Positions 36,537-43,422 of a stretch of 64,000 nt of DNA are shown here, piece after piece (position 1 is the first letter of the stretch; the number at the start of each line of letters is the position of its first letter). The stretch is from Saccharofermentanales bacterium (GTDB lineage: Bacteria > Bacillota > Clostridia > Saccharofermentanales > DTU023), in the NCBI GenBank assembly GCA_050951845.1, contig JBMNJV010000001.1, forward strand, positions 102,905-166,904, in the 5' to 3' direction. The notes beneath the pieces are model-generated. The model made no database searches, was not told the origin of the DNA, and saw only the letters and a program-made list of their open reading frames with translations. The position numbers and the translations under genes are program-made.

Positions 36537-36672
36537 CTCTTGATTTTCTCTCTTGAATCTCTTGTTCTCTTGTTTTTCTCGTGATTTCTTCCGATTTTCT
36601 CTTGATTTTCTCTTGATTATTTCTCGATTTACTCTTGATTTGCTTTTGATTTGCTTTTGATTTGCTTTTCTA
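36537..36672 (-). repeat. About 12 phased copies (mostly 11-nt period) of CTCTTGATTT(T) in the mop leader/upstream region, ending in 3 perfect 12-bp units (gatttgcttttg)
   Basis: Read directly: ctcttgatttt / ctctcttgaat / ctcttgtt / ctcttgttttt / ctcgtgattt / cttccgatttt / ctcttgatttt / ctcttgattattt / ctcgatttac / tcttgatttg / cttttgatttg x2. On the mop sense strand this is AAATCAAGAG-type and purine-rich. Confidence 0.85.
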
Positions 36673-36698
36673 CAATTATTAAGATTTTTACGACAAAA

Positions 36699-36824
36699 TT
36701 TACATTAAGACATTGCTAAAAAGTTGTTTTAATGTAAACCTCTGTTGAGACTGCAATTAATTTTATTGCTGACCGGTTGCTGACTGTTACCATCTTTATT
36801 TTTATTGTAAACTGTTACCATCTT
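36699..36824. promoter_or_regulatory. Operator-like elements in the mop / 85-aa-ORF divergent region
   Basis: All read directly; function inferred.
- 10-bp perfect inverted repeat TTTACATTAA-N20-TTAATGTAAA (36699-36738).
- TTGCTGAC x2 (36767-36784).
- 14-bp direct repeat ACTGTTACCATCTT x2 (36783-36796, 36811-36824). Confidence 0.4.
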
Positions 36825-36855
36825 ATATTCTTATATTTATGAAAGGAGACAGTTT

Positions 36856-37113
36856 ATGAATAACAATGCCGACATGCCTAAAAAAATTACTGCGGATGAG
36901 ATTAAAGTCGAAGTAGTCGATAAGGATACGGGAATAACTTATGTGAGAAAACTCCCTATAAACTACCTGGAAACATCTAATTTTCTTCGTCTTTCCGCTG
37001 AAGACAGCCAAGGAAAACCGTCTTCACTTGTATTCTACACCGAACAGGGAGTCCTTGGTCTCCGGGATATGACAGGCGGCGGACCGGATACCCACCGCTG
37101 TGAAGATCACTAG
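36856..37113 (+). CDS. Hypothetical 85-aa protein divergent from mop
   Basis: Strong RBS (GAAAGGAGACAGTTTATG). The ORF is conserved in both copies. No family recognised. Ends in ...GGGPDTHRCEDH. Confidence 0.5.
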   Translation: MNNNADMPKKITADEIKVEVVDKDTGITYVRKLPINYLETSNFLRLSAEDSQGKPSSLVFYTEQGVLGLRDMTGGGPDTHRCEDH

Positions 37114-37238
37114 GAATAATAATATTCCACATTTTTCAACGTAAATTCTAAGATATTCCCGATAATACTCTACTTAAATAAATTTTAATAATAGAGTATT
37201 TTTCTGTCAAATTGTTTGTCATTACAAGTTGTATTTGT

Positions 37239-37266
37239 TTACAACTCGAGTAAAACTGTTTATACT
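37239..37266 (+). promoter_or_regulatory. Candidate promoter for the NTP-transferase gene (TTACAA-16-TATACT)
   Basis: Hexamers read in the sequence. Preceded by a hairpin with T-run (37164-37204) downstream of the 85-aa ORF. Confidence 0.3.
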
Positions 37267-37370
37267 ATTTTTAACAATTCGGCAAGGGGGCTATCTCCAA
37301 AAAGTGAGCAGTTTCCATACTTGAGGAATCCTTCTTTGGAAACAGTACCCACATAACGAAAGGTGAAACT

Positions 37371-38297
37371 ATGAAAGTAGGAGCAGTGATTACGGCAGCC
37401 GGAATGTCATCCAGAATGGGCAAATTCAAGCCCATGCTCAGCATCGGTTCTATATCCGTGGCGCAGCGTATCATTGCAACTCTGCAGCAGTCCGGTGTCT
37501 CGCCGATAGTAGTCGTCACCGGCTATAATGCTGACGAACTTGAAAGACATCTTGCCAAAAGCGGCGTCATCTTCCTTCGCAACGAAAATTATAAAAACAC
37601 GGAAATGTTCGATTCGGCTTGTATCGGTTTAAGTTATCTGCGCAAAAAATGCAACCGTGTTTTATTTACTCCGGTGGACATACCGCTTTTCAGGGCAGAC
37701 ACCGTAGAAGAACTCCTGAAAAAGCATAGTGATGTAGTATATCCCGTCTGTGCCGGTCTTAAAGGTCATCCCATACTCCTCTCCTCAAAAGCAATCGAGC
37801 TCATACTGGATTACAGCGGTGAGGGCGGTCTCGCCGGAGCCCTTCAGAAACTTGATATTTCTGAAGCATATGTTTACATCGAAGACGAGGGCATACTCTA
37901 CGATGCCGACACCCCCGAAGAATTCGATCAGCTTTTGGAATACCACAACAGCCAGCTGATGCGCCCTGTCATCAAGCTCTCCCTGGAAAAAGAGAGAAGG
38001 TTTTTTGACCAACATATTGCACTTTTACTGGAACTTATAGATGAGACACGGTCAGTCAAGACGGCCTGTCAGCGAATGCAGATCTCGTACAGCAAGGGCT
38101 GGAAGACTCTCAATTCGATAGAAGCTCAGGCCGGTTTTGCCTTGGTTTTACGTAGGCAAGGCGGAGCACGAGGTGGCAGCAGCAGCCTTACCCCGGAGGG
38201 CAGGCTGCTTTTGGAGCGCTATCGTAAATATGAAAAAGCCATGCGGGAAGCGTCCGTTGAACTTTATGAAAAATATCTGTCCGATGTGCTCAAATAG
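37371..38297 (+). CDS. MobA/MocA-like molybdenum-cofactor nucleotidyltransferase fused to a ModE-N-terminal-like winged HTH domain
   Basis: 308 aa, RBS AAGGTG. N-terminus AVITAAGMSSRMG.FKPML...TPVDIPL is MocA/MobA-like. C-terminus TACQRMQISYSKGWKTLNSIEAQAGFALVLRRQGGARGGSSSLTPEGRLLLERY is ModE-like. Confidence 0.8.
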   Translation: MKVGAVITAAGMSSRMGKFKPMLSIGSISVAQRIIATLQQSGVSPIVVVTGYNADELERHLAKSGVIFLRNENYKNTEMFDSACIGLSYLRKKCNRVLFTPVDIPLFRADTVEELLKKHSDVVYPVCAGLKGHPILLSSKAIELILDYSGEGGLAGALQKLDISEAYVYIEDEGILYDADTPEEFDQLLEYHNSQLMRPVIKLSLEKERRFFDQHIALLLELIDETRSVKTACQRMQISYSKGWKTLNSIEAQAGFALVLRRQGGARGGSSSLTPEGRLLLERYRKYEKAMREASVELYEKYLSDVLK

Positions 38298-38311
38298 TGG
38301 AGGTCTGAAAA

Positions 38312-39337
38312 ATGCGAAAAATCTATCTTATACGTCACGGACTTCCGGAATTTCCCGGCGGGAAGAGAGTGTGTATCGGACACACAGACTTACCTGTTTC
38401 TCCTGCAGGCAGGATGCAGGCCCTGCTTGCTGCAAAATTTTTAGATGATGCCGGCATCTCGGCTGTATTCTGCAGCAGACTGAAGCGTGCAGTACAAACA
38501 GCAGAGTCTTTCGGCGAAGCGAAAATAATTGACGGACTCGAAGAAATGAATTTCGGAGAGTGGGACGGCTTCTCCTTTGACGAAATTAAAGTCCGCTGGC
38601 CGGATCTCTACGCAGCCAGGGGGCGCGATAATTCCATTCAGCCTCCGGGTGCGGAGAATCCGCAACAAGCTTTGCTCCGTTTCAACTCGGCTCTGCGCAA
38701 AATACTCGAGGGCAGCACGGGAAATATCGTGATAATCTCCCACGCTTCTGTAATGCGCACCTTTCTGTCTGAAATATCCGAAAAAGAATTGCCGCCCGGC
38801 AGAGAACTCCTGCCCTATGGCTCGGTGTCTGAGCTCAGCTTGAAAAACAATAATTTTTCCATTGAATATATGGGCAAATTAAATAGACCACCGCTCACCA
38901 CAGAACTCTGTCTCGAACTGATCGCCGCAGCCGGTACACCGGAACACGTAATCAGACATAGTGTAGCGGTAGCCAAAGAAGCAGGAAGGATAGGAATAGC
39001 TTTAGCGGAAAGCGGTCTCAACTTAGATATTGATTTAATAATCAGGTCAGCTCTCCTCCATGATGTGGCCAGAACAAAGAAAAACCATTGCAAAGTAGGT
39101 GAAAACTGGATCAGCGCCCTCGGCTACCGGAAGGAAGCAGAAATTGCGGGCGGTCACTGTGACAATTATCTCTTCGAAATACCGGACGAACTTGCGGTAT
39201 TAATTGTTGCCGACCGGGTAGTTTCAGAAGATAAGGTGGTAGGTCTTGCACAAACAGAAATTAAATTATACTTGATTGCCAAATCACAGCCTTCTTTAAG
39301 CTCATCAATAGTTATATCCGGTCTTAAAAGCGAATGA
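38312..39337 (+). CDS. Histidine-phosphatase (PGM/CobC-like) + HD-domain fusion protein; the 3' end probably disrupted
   Basis: 341 aa, RBS GGAGG. Motifs are LIRHGLPEF, RLKRAVQTAE and ISHASVMR, then HD motifs HSVAVAKEA...LLHDVAR. The last ~30 codons are the antisense of the deoC fragment, so the native C-terminus is likely lost. Confidence 0.7.
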   Translation: MRKIYLIRHGLPEFPGGKRVCIGHTDLPVSPAGRMQALLAAKFLDDAGISAVFCSRLKRAVQTAESFGEAKIIDGLEEMNFGEWDGFSFDEIKVRWPDLYAARGRDNSIQPPGAENPQQALLRFNSALRKILEGSTGNIVIISHASVMRTFLSEISEKELPPGRELLPYGSVSELSLKNNNFSIEYMGKLNRPPLTTELCLELIAAAGTPEHVIRHSVAVAKEAGRIGIALAESGLNLDIDLIIRSALLHDVARTKKNHCKVGENWISALGYRKEAEIAGGHCDNYLFEIPDELAVLIVADRVVSEDKVVGLAQTEIKLYLIAKSQPSLSSSIVISGLKSE

Positions 39338-39381
39338 TCAATCATATCCGCTACGTCTTGTACCGTAATCTCTTTTTTCAT
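39241..39381 (-). pseudogene. deoC: Truncated deoxyribose-phosphate aldolase gene (first ~47 codons only)
   Basis: MKKEITVQDVADMIDHSLLRPDITIDELKEGCDLAIKYNLISVCARP matches the DeoC N-terminus (IDHT.LKP...ASVCVNP). Similarity stops at about 39241, and the catalytic Lys region is absent. RBS GAGAGGA. Confidence 0.7.
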
Positions 39382-39456
39382 TATTATTCCTCTCTCAAAA
39401 TATAGTCACGTAAATTGTTAACCTGAAGAAATTTTTTCTAAATTGTATAATCTTAT

Positions 39457-41004
39457 TTAAGAAGTTTTTGACATTGCTAATCGTTCGTCATCGGTCATTG
39501 CTTCATCCAAAGTATATGACATCAGCGTTTCCTGAGTAATATTTTCATTGAGAAATTCACCGCGTTTGTATCCGTGATGCATTACTAAAATCCGGTCGCA
39601 TAAAGAAAGTACTTCCGGCATTTCTGAAGAGATAAGAACAACTGCAACACCTAAACTCGTAAGGTTATCAATAATTTTATAAATCTCGTTTTTGGCACCG
39701 ATATCTATTCCGTGAGTCGGCTCATCCATAAATAAAATTGAAGGATTATTGACAAGCCATCTGGCAACTATTGTTTTTTGCTGATTTCCACCTGATAAAT
39801 TGGTTATCAGTGCATCCAGGGAAGGAGTTTTTACATTGAGATTTTCTTTTGCCTCACTAGCGACACCATCCAACTCTTTATTATTCAAAATTCCTCTTTT
39901 TGAAGTACAGCGTTGATATACCAGCAACATGTTCTCTTTTACGCTCATTTTAGAAAAAATGCCTTGAATTTTTCTTCCTTCCGGAATCATGCCGATACCT
40001 GCATCAATGGCTTTAGCACAATTATCAAAATTAACCTCTTCACCGTTAATTTTTATTGTCCCGGCTTTTTTCCTGCGAGCACCGAAAATACATTCCAGTA
40101 CCTCTGTTCTGCCTGCACCGACCAAACCTGCAAATCCTAAAACTTCTCCGGGATAAAGATCGAAAGACACATTGTTCACTTTCCCTTCAAAATCGGATAA
40201 ATTTTCTACAGATAAGATTGGTTTTAAACTGCTGTAATCTTTGATAAAGTTTCGGATATGAGTTCCCTCATATTCACGACCCACCATGTAACTGATCATC
40301 TTATGTTCATTCAGATCTTGCGTAGGAGAAGTAATAATATGTTCACCATCCCGTAAAATCGTGATTGTGTCAGATATTGAAAGCACTTCTTCCAATTTAT
40401 GAGATATGTAAATTATTGTTACGCCCCGCGAGCGAAGTTTATCTACAATATTCAGTAAAAAATCAACTTCTTTTTCAGTTAATGAAGATGTCGGCTCATC
40501 CATAATCAGCATTTTAGCATCATAAGAAATTGCTTTTGAAATCTCTAATAACTGTTGCTCGGAGACACTTAAATCTCGAACCAGAGAATTTGGGGAGATA
40601 TGATCAACACCTAAATTAGTTAAGAGAAACATGCAGTCTTCACGCATCTTTTTATAATCGACTAAGCCCAATTTCGTTTTCGGCATTCTGTTTAAGAAAA
40701 TATTCTCTGCAGCTGTCATCGCAGGAGCTAATGAAAGTTCTTGGTGAATCATTGCAATGCCTGCATGATTAGCGTCATTGGGGTTGGCAAATTTACACTC
40801 TTCGCCCATAAAGATTACTTTTCCTTTAGAGGCTTCAAATACTCCGTTCAGAATATTCATCAAAGTTGATTTTCCCGCTCCGTTTTCTCCGATAAGAGCA
40901 TGGACTTCTCCCTCTTTTATTTCAAAAGAAACATCCTTCAGAGCAATCGTGCCGGGGAATCTCTTCTCGATATTTTCTATTTTGCAAATAGTCTTTTTGC
41001 TCAT
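39457..41004 (-). CDS. Sugar ABC transporter ATP-binding protein (RbsA/MglA-type, duplicated ABC domains)
   Basis: 515 aa. Walker A GENGAGKST. Signatures LSVSEQQ and LSGGNQQK. RBS AAGGAGG. Confidence 0.9.
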   Translation of the reverse strand: MSKKTICKIENIEKRFPGTIALKDVSFEIKEGEVHALIGENGAGKSTLMNILNGVFEASKGKVIFMGEECKFANPNDANHAGIAMIHQELSLAPAMTAAENIFLNRMPKTKLGLVDYKKMREDCMFLLTNLGVDHISPNSLVRDLSVSEQQLLEISKAISYDAKMLIMDEPTSSLTEKEVDFLLNIVDKLRSRGVTIIYISHKLEEVLSISDTITILRDGEHIITSPTQDLNEHKMISYMVGREYEGTHIRNFIKDYSSLKPILSVENLSDFEGKVNNVSFDLYPGEVLGFAGLVGAGRTEVLECIFGARRKKAGTIKINGEEVNFDNCAKAIDAGIGMIPEGRKIQGIFSKMSVKENMLLVYQRCTSKRGILNNKELDGVASEAKENLNVKTPSLDALITNLSGGNQQKTIVARWLVNNPSILFMDEPTHGIDIGAKNEIYKIIDNLTSLGVAVVLISSEMPEVLSLCDRILVMHHGYKRGEFLNENITQETLMSYTLDEAMTDDERLAMSKTS

Positions 41005-41096
41005 TATGACCTCCTTGACGAAACGACAACAAATGTTGTCGTTTCATCAAATAAAAGCATTACAATAATTATTAAAATTTTTCCTGAAAATTATTA

Positions 41097-42290
41097 TTAT
41101 TCATATAATTCCGGGAATAAGGATTTTACATTATCCGGTGTAGCAATTACTGCATCATATGCATTCATTTCTTCAGGTACAACACCTGCTACCAGACTGT
41201 TATATGCATCAATTACCGGTTGATAGCCCTGGTTGAACGGATCTTGGTCAATACAGACTGAAATTGTTCCGTCTTCAATGTAATCAGCAACAGCAGATAA
41301 TGCATCGTGGCAGATCAAAGTGATTTCTCCGCTCTTACCGGCATCAATAATTGCCTGTGCGGCACCGCCTGGTCCTCCTGCAGTAACATAAAGCGCACTC
41401 AAATCCGGATTGGCATTAATCAGGTCTGTTGTCAGGTTATAAGCGGTATCGGCATCATCATCATTTTCATATTCTCCTACGAGATTCAGAGCTTCTACCT
41501 CATCAGTGACATCGCGGCAACCTGTTCTGCGTTTTTCATGTCCGTAAACGGAGAAACGTCCGGTAATAATTGCATATTTTCCACCATCCGGAAGAGCATC
41601 TACTATAGCCTGGCCGGCTACTTTTCCTGCCGCATAGTCATCCATTCCGTACCATGCAATACGTTCGGTATCAGGAAGATCACCATTAAATGTGTATATT
41701 TCAATTCCTGCTTCAATCGCTTTGTTAACACTGTCGTTTAACTCATCCGATACACCGAAAATACAAATCGCATCATATCCGGAAGCAGTACAGTTATCTA
41801 TAGCTGAAACCCATTCCATTGCATCAAAAGATTTAACTGCAATAACATCAACTACACAGTTTCTGTCTGCCAAAACCTCTTTCGCAAATTCTTGGCCAAC
41901 TACAACTGCAGCACCCCACGGATTGTTTTGAACACAAATTGAGGCTATGCGTAATTTGTCATCCGCTTTTTGATCAACCGGCAATGATCTCAGTACTTTT
42001 CCGTCAGGAGCTACTATATCAGCACCTTTGGTGAAATCACCGGAATCATCGGCAGCTTCTTCTGCCGCTTCTTCTGCTGGTTCTTCTTTCTCTTCAGCTT
42101 TTTCTTCAGCTTTTTCTTCAGCTTTTTCTTCCGCTTTTTCTTCAGCTTTTTCTTCTACAACTTCTTCTTTTTTAGTATCTTCTTTTTTCTCATCGGAGTC
42201 TTTTTTATCCGATTTTCCGGAACAACCGACTATACTGATTAGTAATAATACAGTAAGTAAAAGTGATACTATTGTTCTGATTTTTTTCAT
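41097..42290 (-). CDS. Sugar ABC transporter substrate-binding lipoprotein (RbsB-type periplasmic binding protein)
   Basis: 397 aa. Lipobox LISIVGCSG. (EEKAE)n linker encoded by a 15-bp tandem repeat at about 42091-42165. The body is a type-I PBP fold. Confidence 0.85.
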   Translation of the reverse strand: MKKIRTIVSLLLTVLLLISIVGCSGKSDKKDSDEKKEDTKKEEVVEEKAEEKAEEKAEEKAEEKAEEKEEPAEEAAEEAADDSGDFTKGADIVAPDGKVLRSLPVDQKADDKLRIASICVQNNPWGAAVVVGQEFAKEVLADRNCVVDVIAVKSFDAMEWVSAIDNCTASGYDAICIFGVSDELNDSVNKAIEAGIEIYTFNGDLPDTERIAWYGMDDYAAGKVAGQAIVDALPDGGKYAIITGRFSVYGHEKRRTGCRDVTDEVEALNLVGEYENDDDADTAYNLTTDLINANPDLSALYVTAGGPGGAAQAIIDAGKSGEITLICHDALSAVADYIEDGTISVCIDQDPFNQGYQPVIDAYNSLVAGVVPEEMNAYDAVIATPDNVKSLFPELYE

Positions 42291-42366
42291 ATTCTTACCT
42301 TTCTATTTTTCCATTAGATTTGCATTGCACAATGCATTGCCTCATTGTAAAACACTAAACCAGGGA

Positions 42367-43344
42367 TTATCTCCGGTGTTTTCTCAGTGCATCAACCGAT
42401 ACGGATGCTATAATTACCAAACCTAAAACTACTGTTTGCCAATAACCGGGAACAGTTATCTGGACAAACAAATTTCTCAGCAGTGCCATCAAGATCGCAC
42501 CAACCGTAACTCCGAAAATCCTTCCTTCACCGCCGGACATTGAAATCCCGCCGATAACTGCCGCTGCAATCGCATCGAGTTCATAACCGGAACCATATGA
42601 AGGACCTGCCTGTTTCAATTGTCCCATCATAATCAATCCGACAATTGAACACATCAGTCCGCATATAACATAAACAAGAATCGATGTTCTGCTGGTATTA
42701 ATACCGGTTAAAGAAGCTGCTCTGGGATTGTTGCCGACAGCATAAATGTTTCTGCCTACAACCGTATATTTTGTAAATATCCAGGCCAGTATTACGACCA
42801 CAGCCATTACAATAACCTGAACCGGTACAGGCCCCACATAACCGCCGCCAAAAACCGAAATCCAGGATTCACCATATTTGATAGGAGATCCGTTTGATAA
42901 CAGAAGTGCAACTCCTTCACCGACACTTAACATACCCATCGTTGCAATAAACGGAGGCAAACCCACTTTTGCTATTAAAACCCCGTTGATCAATCCAAAT
43001 AACAAACCGATTGCAAAAATCATCAACAGAACCAAAAAGGGAGAAATCCCGCCGGCCTTTTCATTGACATAGGCAGCAAAACATATTCCGCAAGCGATAT
43101 TTGATCCGACTGACAGATCAATTCCGCCGGCAATAATGACCATCCCCATACCTACTGCTAAGATTGCATATTGAGAAGCTTGTTTCAATACATTAAATAA
43201 ATTCAAAGTAGTCGGGAATGAATCAGGTCTGACAAAGCTTAAAAACAAACCGATAATTAATATCAGGATTACAACTATTATTTCTTGCTGCGAAAAAAAA
43301 TACTTAAGTCTTTTTCCCAGAACTTGATTTCCACTTTTTTGCAT
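42367..43344 (-). CDS. Sugar ABC transporter permease (RbsC/AraH family)
   Basis: 325 aa and polytopic. Typical GGIDLSVGS motif. Confidence 0.9.
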   Translation of the reverse strand: MQKSGNQVLGKRLKYFFSQQEIIVVILILIIGLFLSFVRPDSFPTTLNLFNVLKQASQYAILAVGMGMVIIAGGIDLSVGSNIACGICFAAYVNEKAGGISPFLVLLMIFAIGLLFGLINGVLIAKVGLPPFIATMGMLSVGEGVALLLSNGSPIKYGESWISVFGGGYVGPVPVQVIVMAVVVILAWIFTKYTVVGRNIYAVGNNPRAASLTGINTSRTSILVYVICGLMCSIVGLIMMGQLKQAGPSYGSGYELDAIAAAVIGGISMSGGEGRIFGVTVGAILMALLRNLFVQITVPGYWQTVVLGLVIIASVSVDALRKHRR

Positions 43345-43422
43345 ATTTCAAATACTAACCTTTCTCTGCTCCCTGTTAAACGGATGGCGTTTTCTGATCA
43401 CTCTCCAGCTGAAAAACAATAT

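Larger units (their letters stand above)
21467..38254. repeat. Copy 1 of a large direct repeat of at least 16,788 bp (partner 47213-64000, offset 25,746 bp)
   Basis: All ORF translations are identical between copies apart from the one substitution noted below. Sampled intergenic stretches are identical. The left edge was determined base by base. One mismatch was found (37876 A / 63622 G). The right edge is unknown because copy 2 hits the window end. Confidence 0.95.

Noticed and set aside
36537-36672. Possible CRISPR array or coding minisatellite
   Set aside because: Units are only 8-13 nt with no unique spacers, no cas genes and no repeat palindromicity. The stretch lies between an RBS and a promoter region and has no ORF. 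It is reported instead as a regulatory repeat array.
21467-38254. Duplicated block as an integrative or transposable element
   Set aside because: No integrase, transposase, relaxase or conjugation genes were found. There are no terminal inverted repeats and no tRNA at the visible edge. The content is purely metabolic. The right end is unseen, so this cannot be fully excluded.
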